The notes: generated from the sequence alone by a model not told the origin. A stretch of DNA of 62,084 nucleotides, filler included, from Globobulimina sp. (GCA_003354225.1; 19 parts of 19 records of this genome joined end to end with filler, not necessarily neighbours in it), one strand, 5' to 3'. Shown: positions 1 through 12,652, counted from the first letter of the whole stretch. Numbers and translations: made by a program.

Positions 1-21
1 TTTCCGCAAGTCCGGAAAAAA

Positions 22-2259
22 ATGACGGATCGCTCAAAAAGTGTCAAGACTGCGCATCAAAGGAAAATCGAAAAGGAAAAAGAGGAAAAGGCAAAGAAAC
101 TGCAGGACAAACGGGAGATGGAGGAGATTAAAAAAAGGCTACGTGAGGAGGCCAAGAGGATGAAGGAGGAACAAGGTAGGAAGTCCAAGACAAAAAAACC
201 AAGAAAAAAGAAAAAAACTGAATCCGACGAGTTCGATTTAAGTGGCTTAAGCCCGACGCAGCATTATCTGAGTTCCACCATGGTTATAAATGATGCAGTT
301 TTGGAGGAGGAAGCCGAGGAAGAAGAGAAACCGGAGGAAGAGCCGGAGGTAAATGATGTGGAGGAAGAGCGGCCTGAGGAACAGGTAAATATATTTTCAG
401 TTTCAAACTGAAATTTTTAGGCACATTTTTTTTCTGAGAATTTTTTGGGAACATATCTGTTCCCAAAATGTTCTGTGAATTTTCCGGGAACAGATACATT
501 TCACTGAAAATGTTCTGGGAAATTTTCGGGAACGTATCTGAATTTTGCATTAAATTTATATAAATAGGAACAGACTGATGACGCCGTGGAGGAGCCAGAA
601 GAGGTCGAAGTTGCAACTGAAACAGAGCCAGAAGACACAATTGATTTCGTGGACAATGACTATGGATACGCCCAAGTACACGATGCGTATAAACAGTATT
701 ATGTCGATAAAGGTAACACAGCGTGTACCAATCCGACACATTTAATATTGTTTGCAAAGAAAAACGGCGTAGTGGGTGTGTCATTTGCCGGCGCAAACAA
801 ATATTTTAAGGCCCGGCGAAATGACCCAAATGCACTATCGATGGAAGATTACATGGCTGCAATGGAAAAGGGTGGCCGCGACGAGGATGACTTAAGTCAC
901 TTAATGTCACAGCCAACAAACTCCACCTCACCCCATGTTATTTTACCTTTTTTTTTTATATATCTGAAAAAAAAGTGATTTTTTTTTGAGTGTGTCACTT
1001 CAAAGTTTTTTTTTTGAGTGTGGCACTTAAGAAATGGTGTTCACAATTTTTTTACACAGCCACCGTTAATTGCTGAGGAGGAGGATGGTGATGGCAATGT
1101 ATCAGGGCATAAGTCGCCATCTGCGCAGAGTGGGCATAGTGGCCATGATGACGATGAGGCGCCGGTGTTACCCATCACAATCACACAATCAATGACGCAT
1201 AAAAATAAGACACCAGTGATAGAGGCGGACGATGATCGTGATAGTAAACAGGAGGTGGACTATGACTCATTGCCACCAAGCTTTGAACCTAAAAAACGAA
1301 GACGAAGCTTCGGAAAGAAAAAAAAGAAAAAATTAATTGCTGCGGAAATGTTAGGCAAATTGAAGAAAAATACAAATTATACACGGTTTGAAATTCCGCT
1401 GTATATTTTGCCGCTGAATGTAGCCGAAAAGAAAAAAGTCAAAGACGAAAAACGCCTAATTCATAATTTAGGGTATGTGGTCCAGGAATTTTATGAGAAC
1501 ACGAATTCTGTAAATGTTCTGACAAAATATTTCTATTTTGTTCCGAGAACACAATTCTTGACAATTTTCAGACCTTTTTTCTGAAATGAAATATTTTTAT
1601 TTCGATACACAAATATTTGTGTACATAGATTGCAAATGGGTTATAAGGTACAATTAAAGCAAAAAAAGTTGAAAGGTGTTGTCAAATTCATTGGCGGCGT
1701 ACATTTTACGTTTGGTATAGTGATCGGACTGGAAATGATGGGCAATGGCAACGGGAAACATGGCGGTGATATTGATAAAATCAAATATTTTGATTCTAAG
1801 CGAAATGGCGGATTATTTGTACGGGCAATTTGCATTGAAAAAGTGTTGGAAAAAAAGAAATTAAAATCGACGAAAAAAAACAAATCCATGGATCGGATCA
1901 CCGGCGAGAGGTTTAAGGCGATGTTGGCCAAAATGGAGGAGGAGGAGGAGAAGGATGCGGAGATTGATTTGAGTTCGTTGCCAAGAAAAGAAAAAATGCG
2001 GCTCGAACGGCTACATTTGGAGATTGGCGATGCCGTGGAAGTGGATAAGGGACGGAAAGGCATATTGCATTTTTGCGGTGAGGTGCATTGGACCGAGCAG
2101 CTAATTTTTGGCATTGAATTCACGGATAAAACGGTTGGAAGAAACAACGGGAGTTATGGCGATGTGGCGTATTTTCAATGTGCGGAAAAGAGGGGAATGT
2201 TTTTCACGGCGGATAAGATACGAAAGAAATCAGTTTTGCATTCAATATTACAATGGTAA
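22..2259 (+). CDS. Multi-exon protein with acidic/basic low-complexity N-terminus and two C-terminal CAP-Gly domains
   Basis: CAP-Gly motifs GVVKFIG..GLEM..GKHGG..YF..GGLFV and GILHFCG..GIEF..GRNNGS..YFQC..GMFF in 1630-2259. GT-AG introns 385-573 and 1473-1628 keep frame. The donor of the intron ending at 1059 is unresolved. Confidence 0.8.
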
Positions 2260-2832
2260 ATTTTGATGAATTGGTTTTGTACATAATTTAACAAAACAAA
2301 TTGTAATTTTTTGTTTGTCAGATTTAAAATTTAGTTGTTTGTATTTTTGGGCCGTTTTTTTTTGTTGAGACATTGTGTGTTATTTTTTATGTTTTACAAT
2401 TCTTTCTATTAATTCAGAGTACTACGTAACTTTTGTTTTTCTTTTGTCTGTATATTTGTTGATTATTTTACAGTTTTATTGTCATTCATTTTCCTCGTAC
2501 TTTAAATTTGCGTTTTTGAAAAAACGCTATAAATAAATACAATCAGCATGTTCTTTTTGCTCTGTGTTTGCTCGTTTAGCAATAGCAACGTCTTAAATGC
2601 AGTATCATTCACAACCGAAGGAAGGAAAGTCATCAAAACTGATGATTCTGGTGCCAAACATTGGGTGGTATTCAATGGAATTGGTCTTTCGTGCACTGAA
2701 TATTTAATGGAACCAACCATGAGTCCCACCTCATTTTATGGCGGTTGCTTTGGTGGACCAATATCGACAAACGGCCCAATTGAATTGAATAATGAACCAA
2801 AGAATGTGTACAAGATTGAGGTGGTCGAAAGC

Positions 2833-3176
2833 ATGGCAAAGCGAATTCTTCTCTTCCTATTCGTGAACTTCCTGGTGATCAGCGTGATCACCCTGATCTT
2901 TTATCTGATTGGTTTCCAGGGATACGACATCACCGAGACCGGTATCGATTACACCGGCCTGATGATCTTCTGCCTCGTCTGGGGCATGGGCGGCTCCTTC
3001 GTCTCGCTTTCCATCGCCCGCTGGAGCGCAAAGCGCATGATGGGCGTGCAGCTCGTGGAGGGCACGACCTCGGATCCTCGCGTCAATCATCTCATCCAAA
3101 CGGTCGAGCACCTCTCGCGGGCCGCGGGGCTGCCCATGCCCGAGGTGGGGATCTACGACTCGCCCGAGGTGAACGC
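2833..3176 (+). CDS. htpX: Bacterial HtpX zinc protease, N-terminal fragment (chimeric join to eukaryotic DNA)
   Basis: MAKRILLFLFVNFLVI..GMGGSFVSLSIARWSAK..AGLPMPEVGIYDSPEVN is the HtpX N-terminus. SD-like GAGGTGG at 2818-2824 and an abrupt rise in GC. Confidence 0.88.
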
Positions 3177-3276
3177 NNNNNNNNNNNNNNNNNNNNNNNN
3201 NNNNNNNNNNNNNNNNNNNNTTAATTAATTAANNNNNNNNNNNNNNNNNNNNNNNNNNNNNNNNNNNNNNNNNNNN
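3177..3276. other. Artificial contig-joining linker (first of 18)
   Basis: N44-TTAATTAATTAA-N44 (stops in all six frames). It recurs at about 6453, 9729, 13004, 16279, 19554, 22828, 26102, 29376, 32649, 35921, 39193, 42465, 45737, 49007, 52277, 55547 and 58816. Intervening pieces shrink steadily from 3176 to about 3169 nt. Confidence 0.98.
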
Positions 3277-3281
3277 CTGCA

Positions 3282-4229
3282 TTGCTTTGGACTACACACA
3301 ATGCAGAAAATGGTGAAACTGCGAGAGATTTGGGATTGTATCAATATTTGATTACAGATGCAACAGCGAATATGGTTAAATATGATACTGCCGCAACGCA
3401 ATGGACTCAAGTATCGGAAACGATAAATGCTGAAACGATTAATATTGTGTATACACAGAGTGCGGTGGATTCATTTATTGGTATTAATACAAAGGAGTTA
3501 CAGCTGAGATGGGCCAAAGGTAATGATAATGGATTAGAAGTGTCATATCACGGTGTTAATGGCCGATCGTCGGCAACGTTGACATTGGATTTAGTGACCG
3601 GTAAAGCGGTTATTGTGAAGGACGATATATCGTTGCAAATTGCGCATGGCGTAATTATGTGGGTGGCATGGTGTGTGTTGGCATCTGTTGGTGTGATGTC
3701 GAGTGCGTTTCGATTTTTATATCCTAAGGGACCAAAATGGTTTTTTGCGCATCGTGGCGTGCAATGTGCGGTTGTGGTGTTGTGTGTCATTGGCTTTATT
3801 TTGGCGGTTGTTTTTACGCAACAAAAAGGTCATCATCATTTTGACAATGCACATACGATCATTGGTTTAGTGGTGACATTGTTAGGCATATTACAGCCAA
3901 TTAATGCATATTTTCGAAGTCATCCACCAGCGAATGGTTGGTCCGGTGGTATAAAACCAAGAAAAAGAGCAGTTTGGGAATTTATACATAAAGCATGTGG
4001 TTATATTGCATGGATATTGGGCTGTATTGCAGCTATGTTGGGATTGAAATTGATTGGGGAGGATACATTAGCATATGTTCATATGTTTGGATATTGTGGA
4101 GTGTTGTTGGCACTCTATATCGCATTATCAATCATTAAATATATTTATGAAGCACATTACACACAAATTAGTAATAACTCTCAAATGGAACTTGCTGCTC
4201 CAAAAACACTGCAGACAACGAAACCTTAA
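3282..4229 (+). CDS. DOMON/cytochrome b561 ferric-chelate-reductase-like membrane protein (5' partial)
   Basis: b561 histidines in AHGVIMWVAW, WFFAHRGVQ, NAHTIIG and WEFIHKACG, preceded by a DOMON-like tail (RWAKG..SYHG). Confidence 0.85.
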   Translation: MLWTTHNAENGETARDLGLYQYLITDATANMVKYDTAATQWTQVSETINAETINIVYTQSAVDSFIGINTKELQLRWAKGNDNGLEVSYHGVNGRSSATLTLDLVTGKAVIVKDDISLQIAHGVIMWVAWCVLASVGVMSSAFRFLYPKGPKWFFAHRGVQCAVVVLCVIGFILAVVFTQQKGHHHFDNAHTIIGLVVTLLGILQPINAYFRSHPPANGWSGGIKPRKRAVWEFIHKACGYIAWILGCIAAMLGLKLIGEDTLAYVHMFGYCGVLLALYIALSIIKYIYEAHYTQISNNSQMELAAPKTLQTTKP

Positions 4230-4694
4230 TAATTAATAATTAGATTGTAACTTTGTTGCAAATTTCTTGATTGTCACAGCATTTGGGTGAAATATTAATA
4301 TCTTTCCAATTAAATATTTCATCCGTGCTGATTGCTATCCTTATAATAATATTCTCTAATTCGTAAAATTGATTTCTTAGTATTTTGACGGGGAAAGTGC
4401 TTTTATATAATCCAGTTTTTAGCCTAGGAAACTATTTTGTTGAAACTATTTTAGAAACTATATATATATATATAGATTGCCCAGCCTCAGCACTTATGGC
4501 ATGTAATCGAAGTTTTAAGTTATGGGTCGAAAGAAAAAGTTAGTTGGCACGAGTCTAATGGCATATTTGTAAATCGTACAACACACATATAGTCAAACAC
4601 AATATATAACAAAGTAAAAAAGAAATTAAATAGAAAAATAAATAAAGGGAATATATTATTATAGATTGGATGCAATAAACTTCTTAGATATGAA

Positions 4695-5240
4695 TTAATA
4701 TTTAATATTACAATACTTATTGACAAATTGTATTCTTTGATGTTTTAAATGCTCAGGAATGTAATCTAAAGCACGGCGATAACTATTTTGGATTCCCGCC
4801 GTGTTGTAAATACGATCATATTCAATAATAATTCTTACAGTTTTTGGTTCTTTTTCTTTTTGCAGTGACTGTTGTTGTTTTGTTAATAAATTAAAATTGA
4901 TTTTGTTTCTAATAAATTTATTTTTGTATAAATAAAATTGTTTGCAATGCATTGTATCTTTGTCTTTGATAAGTTTTCGTCGATAATAATTGTCGACAAT
5001 GTCATTACGGATTTCATATTTTGTGTGTTTACCTTTTCTGATATCAATCACATCCCATCCACGCTCGATTAATTTGTTTGTTATGAAAGTTTTGTTAATT
5101 ATAAAATTTCGCTTATTTGAGTTTGTAATCACTGTATTTTGATACAATGATGAAGTTAAACTCCGAATAATTCGTTGTTTATCGCAGTTGGATGAAGGCG
5201 TAGTAAACGGGAATGTTGACATAGGTTTAAAATATTGTTT
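4695..5240 (-). mobile_element. Penelope-like retroelement RT C-terminal (thumb) fragment
   Basis: YFKPMSTFPFTTPSSNCDKQRIIRSLTSSL..NFIINKTFITNKLIERGW resembles the PLE thumb pattern YxKPT..S.HP..K..I...L..NGY. A (TA)n run lies downstream at 4459-4474. Confidence 0.5.
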
Positions 5241-5249
5241 AAATCGTTC

Positions 5250-5592
5250 GTCTAAATTTGGAATCGAATATTTTAATACTGCATTCAAACAATATTTGTT
5301 TAGAATTTCTTTGATTTCAACGACAGTTATTGTGGCTATATTTATTCCTCAATATGGTGCATTTATGTCGTTTGTAGGATGTATTGGCAATGCTGCAGTT
5401 ATATTTATGGTACCGTCCGCTTGCTATTTAATGAGATATCATAATGGCTTTGGTATATTATGGTTAAATTATGTTTTGTGCAAAAACTGTAAAATACCAT
5501 CAGATATATTTTCATCTTCATATCTATTGGTTATGTGCAGAGGCGATACTAACAAAAACAGCAAACATGGATGGAAATATATATATATATAA
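5250..5592 (+). CDS. Amino-acid transporter (AAAP/SLC36-38 family) C-terminal fragment
   Basis: LFRISLISTTVIVAIFIPQYGAFMSFVGCIGNAAVIFMVPSACYL matches the last TM helices of the family. Confidence 0.65.
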
Positions 5593-5895
5593 TATAATAT
5601 ATTTGTTTTGTGGTGTTTGTTTCTAGAAGAGGTTAATTTTAAACAGTATATAAGAAAGTTAGTGTCCGAAGTTTCTGCAGAATGGTGCCTTTGTCAAGGT
5701 TTTAAATTTAAAATGTAAAAAGTTTTTGTGTTTGAAGACAAAAGACTAAACACAATAAAGTTCTATCCTGTGCAAAAAATAAAAAACAAACAAAAGGATA
5801 AGATTGGATCAAATAGAGAGAGATGATAAAATACACAATATAAATAAGTGAAAAAGTAACATAAAACTATAAGGGATATAAAGTGCACAATAAAA

Positions 5896-6452
5896 TTATC
5901 GGAACCAATCAGATATTAACAAACACAAAAAATAACGGACTAACACACTTAACAAAAAAAAACACAAATTATAATTTTTATTACATATTTTTTTTTTCAC
6001 TTGCAAGAAATATTTGTGCGCGTTGTTCATTTGCATGGTGCGCGTTGTTCTTTTTTGATCAGGAAGTTGATATAAATATGAATTGATATCATTCTCTGTA
6101 GCTTTACATTTAATAAATTTAACAAATACATCCCGAAACTGTCTCATCTCAATGTATGCAAAGATATTTTCAGCAGAAAATTCATGCAATGCATGACTCA
6201 CAAATAGCTGCAACAATGCCGGTTTCTTGAAAATGGTTTGCATAGAAATAGTTGCTGGATTTGCACGCATTTCTGACAACGAGTCATTGAGTCCGGAAGT
6301 CCCGGAACTGGGACTAGTCGATGCTAAAAATTCTATTTTCTTTTTTATATGTACCTTCCATAAAGGATTTAATGTGATCATTTTAGGAATAACCAATGCA
6401 GACAAAATGGAGACTGATGGTATGGAATAGAGACCAATGAATGTACACGAAA
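5896..6452 (-). CDS. Transmembrane-RGS domain protein (partial)
   Basis: RGS core IFKKPALLQLFVSHALHEFSAENIFAYIEMRQFR follows a hydrophobic segment. The 3' end probably runs into an intron. Confidence 0.7.
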
Positions 6453-6677
6453 NNNNNNNNNNNNNNNNNNNNNNNNNNNNNNNNNNNNNNNNNNNNTTAA
6501 TTAATTAANNNNNNNNNNNNNNNNNNNNNNNNNNNNNNNNNNNNNNNNNNNNAATGAGTGCAAGGATATATGTACTCTGATATTGTATACTTAACATACG
6601 TTCAATCCCATCCTCTTTCTGTTCCTCTCTTTTCTCTGTGCGGACATGTAATTATTATGCAATTATATATGTAAATA

Positions 6678-7217
6678 TCAATAGAACTTACTTTGAAGTG
6701 ATGGCGGCAAACCACCCCTCATTGCCATTGGATTTATATTCAATTTACCAGCCAATGCAGAGACTTTGTTTACATTTTGTGGTTTTGGTTTGGTATCAAT
6801 TATATCTGTCTCCTTATTCTCAATTGCATTCGTATCATTATTATTAACTGTATCAATTGTATCTGGTTCCTTATTATCGATAATATCAATGGTTTCTGTA
6901 TTATCTGCATTTGGTTCATTCGTGGCGATATCAAGTGATTTGGTCACCGGTGTAATGGTTGTATCTGGCTCTGGTTTTGGTGCTGGTGCTGGTTTCGTAT
7001 ATGCAGTTGAATCAATATCTTTCTTTTGTTTTTCATATTTATCTTCCCACAGTGATGTCATTTTTGATTTTGACGACTTTCGTTTCTTTCGAGTTCTTTT
7101 TTTTTTTGGTTTCGCTTTATTATCATCACCATCTTTAAATGCTGTTTCCCAAAACGACGTGTTTAATTTTCCTGGGTTTTTGGTGCCTTTCATTGTGGGA
7201 CTACTACCGGTTGACAT
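6678..7217 (-). CDS. Low-complexity protein with CapZIP/FAM21-like motif (first exon)
   Basis: KVSALAGKLNINPMAMRGGLPP resembles the FAM21/CapZIP L..NL.INP.AL.PG motif. Probable splice donor near 6690. Confidence 0.4.
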   Translation of the reverse strand: MSTGSSPTMKGTKNPGKLNTSFWETAFKDGDDNKAKPKKKRTRKKRKSSKSKMTSLWEDKYEKQKKDIDSTAYTKPAPAPKPEPDTTITPVTKSLDIATNEPNADNTETIDIIDNKEPDTIDTVNNNDTNAIENKETDIIDTKPKPQNVNKVSALAGKLNINPMAMRGGLPPSLQSKFY

Positions 7218-7750
7218 GATGTGGTTTAGAGCTTTTAGTAACGCAGTTTATTTAATGATTTTCTGTGACATAAAAATACCTACGTTTAGTTTTACAAAAA
7301 TACCTACGTTTCTGCAATATTGAAAATAATTGAAACATAAAAAACTAATTATACAAAAGGAATAAATACTGCACACGACAACAGCAATAATTATAACCGA
7401 AAGTTTCCATACTAATCATGAGCTGCTTGTGAATATTTGCTGGAATTGCTACATATAACCATTTTCCGATGTGATTCGAGCATAAATCCATCCACTTCTC
7501 ATCCATCAAATTTCTTTCTTGATCATGAAGAATTCTATCCATTCTTAAATATATTGCATAAATTCATATAAATTAAACAATATTGTATTGCTTTAACAAC
7601 ACAAGCTTGGTTTGATTCGATGCAAATACAATGCAGATATTTAATGGTGCGGTGCCGACTTGTGCGCATTATGTGCGTTCAGCTGTTTTTGACATCCAAC
7701 GTTATATATATTTCAAAAACGTCAGAGTGATAAACAGCGTTATCCAAATC

Positions 7751-9302
7751 ATGGCAGAAGAACTTGATCCAGATATCCACCGTCAATCAGTATCTCGTTC
7801 CATTCAATATTCCGATTACTCCTCAGGCGAAGATATCCAACCATTAACCTCTCAGTCACAACAGCAGACTGAAGATGACGACGACGATTCTTCCTCCTCC
7901 TCATACACCACCATTACCAAACAAATCGATGAAAACAAAGCAAACACTAAAAAACGCACATCTGCCCAGATCCAGTCTAAACTAATCACCATCACAACCA
8001 AGCTCAGCCACACTGACAATGCAGACTCAACACAACCACTCAGAAATCGTGGCCAATCCAACAGCAATGGCACATCTCGCACGGCTAAAAAAGCAAAGTT
8101 AGCAGCCAGATGGCAACGTTTATTGTCAGCAAATTCAAACGAAAGCACCCATAAACTACACACCTCACAAACCGTCAACAAACCTAAGAAAATACGCTGT
8201 GTTCACGACAGTTTGCCATGGAAACACGAGGAAAAGCCATATAAACGAAAGCAGTCTGCCCCGCCGGTCCAGAAAGTGTTATTGTCGCCGGCAAAAACAA
8301 AAAATAAAATCGATTCCTATGTTGGCCTAAGTCCGGTCCAAATATGGTTGAAAAAAAAGGAAGAAAGGGAGCGGAATAAAAATAACCGTACACACTCACC
8401 AAAAAAGCAAGTAATATTACACGAATTGCAGGAGAATAACGGACATATATCCAATATGAAAGTCCGTCAGATCGAAACCCGAAAAATGGACAACGAGGAA
8501 GCGGAAAACTTGCAAAAACAACAAGAGCAACGGCGACGTATTCGGATTGAAACTGAGAAAAAGTTGCAGGAGGAACAAGAAAAGCAGATGGAAACTGAGG
8601 AATTGATACGGATCGAAACTGAAAGAATGGAAGCAATGCGGCTGAAAAAAGCCGAAGAAGAGAGATCGAAACAGATTGAAAATGAACAAGCGGACAAATT
8701 GAAGGCAGCCATAGCCGCTGAACGTAAGGTAGTGCTCCCATTAATTTATGCAATTTAATTATAATATTCAGAAACAAATAACATTTATATATGTTTCTGA
8801 ATATTATGTACATTGTACGATGGCTGAGAATGTTGTAACTTTTCAGACCATGCACGCCGAGGAACAGCGTCGAAGGGCGGAGAGCGAAGAGAATTACCGG
8901 TTGCATGAGATCGAGGAAGAAGAGGAGCGGAGGAAATTGGAATTGAAAGAGAAGCGGCTGCGTAAACAACAGATATTGAATAAAATAAAAAAGGAAAAGA
9001 AAAGGAAAAAGGAAGAGGAGAGGAAACGAATCGAGGAAGCTAAACAAAAAGAAATGAAGGCAAATGCAAGGAATGTTGAGTTTGATAGGGATAAGTTTAT
9101 GGAATTGCTGTATAACCATTTTGTGTATAATGATAGGTGTATAGTGAAGGGAGAATATTTGCTCTTATATTTGGTGCAGAGGTTGGATGTTAAGATGGAT
9201 GGTATGGAGAGTGACAAGGAAGAGGTTTTAAGACAAGTGTTGATAGAATTGTTTGGCGATGAGGTTGTGAGTGAGTGGGGATATTATATTTGTTTGTTGT
9301 AG
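7751..9302 (+). CDS. Hypothetical coiled-coil protein (probably two exons)
   Basis: Long E/K/R-rich ORFs 7631-8758 and 8748-9302 with an AT-rich intron-like gap starting AG/GTAGT at about 8729. Confidence 0.55.
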
Positions 9303-10203
9303 ACTTTAGTTGCATGCAATTGTAGTGAACGGTTTTTTAACTTTTTTTGTCAAGGCATGTGCTTTTTTTGTATTGTTTTTTTTTGAGATGGTTTGTATTT
9401 AAGATGTAAAATTAATTTTGTGGTGTTTGTTTTACCACATTTGTGTAAAAAATAGATACAAATCTGTGTGCAATCTTTATAATGGAAGCTCCAAACTCTC
9501 TTTACGTCATTTTATGCAAGCTAAACAAGAGCACTCTGAATATATGAATTAAATCAAGCAACTGTGGAATCGCAACAATCTGAAAACGAAAGAATGAAAC
9601 AACAACAAGCACAGCAAGCAAAGCCTACTGTATATCACATCATTAGATTCTTCAATTAATTCAATTCACAGCTGTACTCTTATTGACATCTGTCATAATC
9701 TCACATTTATGTATGAAATTATACGCATNNNNNNNNNNNNNNNNNNNNNNNNNNNNNNNNNNNNNNNNNNNNTTAATTAATTAANNNNNNNNNNNNNNNN
9801 NNNNNNNNNNNNNNNNNNNNNNNNNNNNTATCCGACTAACCTCTGGCCTTTTTTTTGTTGATATTACTTTCTACACAAAAATATTTTTGTAAAAACATTC
9901 ATTTAAGCCACGATAAAAAAAACATTTTATAATCAACATCTTTACACTAACAGGAATATCTAGTAGTATATATAGCATCAGGGAGTCGTGTTGAGCATAT
10001 TGGAATGGATGAAAAGGAATATAAAATTTAAAATTATTAAATTTAGCAGAATACACCACGCCATCCATGGGACAAGAATCACTTTTTGGACCGCTTGCAG
10101 CTAAAGCCCTTCGGTAGTAAACTACTAACATACTGTTTTTCACAAAAAACACAGTATTTGTATATTGTTCTACATAGAAACACAGTATTTATGTTTTGTT
10201 TTT

Positions 10204-10315
10204 TGGAATTTCAAGGGATTATTATTGGTAATTATTATTAATGGAATTTCAAGGGATTATTATTGGTAATTATTATTAATGGAATTTCAAGGGATTATTA
10301 TTGGTAATTATTATT
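10204..10315. repeat. Tandem repeat, 38-bp unit x about 3
   Basis: GGAATTTCAAGGGATTATTATTGGTAATTATTATTAAT starting at 10205, 10243 and 10281. Confidence 0.95.
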
Positions 10316-10377
10316 GGTAATTACGTTTATGGTTTATTATTGGTAATGATAAACGGGTCAAACGGCTGAAACAGGTG

Positions 10378-10513
10378 AAACGGGTGAAACTCCCCAGAAC
10401 TATTTGTATGGATCAAACGGGTGAAACTCCCCAGAACTGTTTGTATGGACCAAACGGGTGAAACTCCCCAGAACTATTTGTATGGATCAAACGGGTGAAA
10501 CTCCCCAGAACTA
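10378..10513. repeat. Tandem repeat, 37-bp unit x about 3.6
   Basis: AAACGGGTGAAACTCCCCAGAACTATTTGTATGGATC with period 37 (CGGGTG at 10381, 10418, 10455, 10492). No unique spacers. Confidence 0.95.
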
Positions 10514-11501
10514 CAGAAGCCGCGTCCGTGCAACGTTTGCTTGGTAGAAAATAGCCGTCTCTTATTATTGCGCAACGGTTTGCGTTTGTGGAGGCAATAC
10601 ATTTACAGCGATATTGGACAAAGCAATGATATTATTAAATTAAATGGTAATTACGGTCAAATGAGAGCGTTATTAAATTTGCCACTGTGAGATATTTCTG
10701 TTTTTCGTCTTTGTTCTTTATAGTGTTACTCCGTTGACGCGCTGCTAACTGAACTGTAAAAACAGTAACGTCCTCAAATCAGTCTACAAATACATGTCTG
10801 CAGCCAATCATTCAATTGTGGTATTATTTATATGACAGATATTTATTCCAATCATAATTGATCATTTAAAACAGAATAGAAATCACAAATTATTATTGTT
10901 TATTGCAACAAGAAATGGCTGGGAAATATCATCAGAACAGACCAAACGGCTCGAAAGCATATACAATAATGAGCAGTTAATATTATCTATATTGCATGAT
11001 ACCCATAAAATATTTTTAGATTATAATATGTTATCATCATAACTTAAAATTAATACAAGACGATGACGCATTAAAAGTAGTTAAACATCATCAAAAATAT
11101 GTATTTGATCATTGTTGTTATCATACCGGTGAGTCTAATAAAAACACCACTCGCGTAAGTTGTAATACTGCTGATGAGAATTGTCATGAAATCAGTGATA
11201 AAACTGTCAAACACACATATAAATTCAATTGGGTAGCTCAGCAGTGGATAGAAGCAACAGATTCATGCGGTGTGATACTTCAAAAATGGAAAGTTTAGTT
11301 AGCTTTTTTATGAATTTTAAAATAACAGGAAAACGTGTTTGTTAAAATTTTTAGGACCGAGATATGGCTTGTTTTGCGTCGCAAGAAATGACATTTAATC
11401 AATCATTAAAATATTTACTGAATAAATTAGGCTGTGTATCAGAAAATATTCGCAATACATAGCAATATCTTGCCTTTAAAAATAAATACTGGAAACATAT
11501 T

Positions 11502-12249
11502 ATGTCAACAGAAAATGATTCAGTGTCCAGTGATGATTTAAAAGAAGAAAAAGAAGAAAAAGGTGCTATTCATTCAAAACGAAGAGGACAAAGCAAAATA
11601 AGATTGAACTTGCATCGAGCAAGATCGCGAAGGAGACATAATCATCGATATCGCCGCAAAGTAATTCCAATCCCAAGAAAACACAATGATGAGCTCCAAT
11701 CATCAGATGAAAATGTAGTTGCCTCTGAGTCTGATCATGAAAATAAACAAGATTCACATAATCCAATTGCTGAAATTCAACGCCTTGCAAATAATAATGA
11801 AATATTAGTAAATCAACAAATGCAACAAAATATGTTAAATACTATATCTGAATTCGCCGAAATATATGGCAATAATAGAGCAGAAAGTGACACGGAAGAA
11901 CTTGATACGCTATTTAAAGAATGGAAACCAAAAAATATTAAAAATATACCAACAGTTTAGTCAGTATATACGTATACATTTGTATATTCCTGCTACTCTT
12001 TTTAACGCGCAGAAACCATCAACAAAATATAAATGTGTTGCCACAATGTTCCCTTTGTTACAAAATGAATCAACAAAAAATGAAAAATTAAGAATTTTAC
12101 AATCATTTTGTGTGCCACTATCGCGTTGGAAAAATTGGACCAAGCAAAAAATTCACGAGAAATTGCCTGAATATGAGTTAGAAAAACATGTTAACAAATA
12201 TAAGAAATACAAAAGAACTACATCGTCACATTACTGCTGCCACCAATAG
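11502..12249 (+). CDS. Hypothetical protein(s): two overlapping ORFs, frameshifted or spliced
   Basis: ORFs 11502-11960 and 11866-12249 look coding but carry no recognised domain. Confidence 0.35.
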
Positions 12250-12250
12250 A

Positions 12251-12611
12251 TGTAAATGGTGAGCATTATGGATCGCCATCACGTGGAGGCAAGTAAATTG
12301 AAAAAGAAGATTACGGATCAATCTGTAACCAATCAATGCAAGCAATGCGACGCGATTACGAGCCTATAGGTAACCAATCAATGGCGATTGAAGGAAGATT
12401 TGAATCTCGACCATATTTCCCGTTATCATTGCGTTGGTGGTGTTCCCTATCATTGGGTTCCTCTACTCATAAACATCATAAAAAGCGTGGAAAGAGCAGT
12501 TGGGATAAACAAACACACGTATTTATAATATATATATATTATACTTCACGCAATTATTCATTGTTAATATTTCCATATTCATGGAACCCAAACGTAACAG
12601 ATGACAACTTG

Positions 12612-12652
<41 letters not shown>

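Noticed and set aside
443-468. 11-bp hairpin TTTTGGGAACA-TATC-TGTTCCCAAAA as a terminator
   Set aside because: It lies inside a spliceosomal intron among degenerate short repeats; no prokaryotic context.
4470-4570. Hammerhead or twister ribozyme beside the PLE-like fragment
   Set aside because: No CUGANGA..GAAA core with pairing stems found by eye on either strand.
10204-10513. 37-38-bp repeats as a CRISPR array
   Set aside because: Units are head-to-tail with no unique spacers, there are no cas genes, and the context is eukaryotic.
12612-12651. (CTAA)n as a telomere
   Set aside because: Short, internal and a 4-mer; better explained as a microsatellite.
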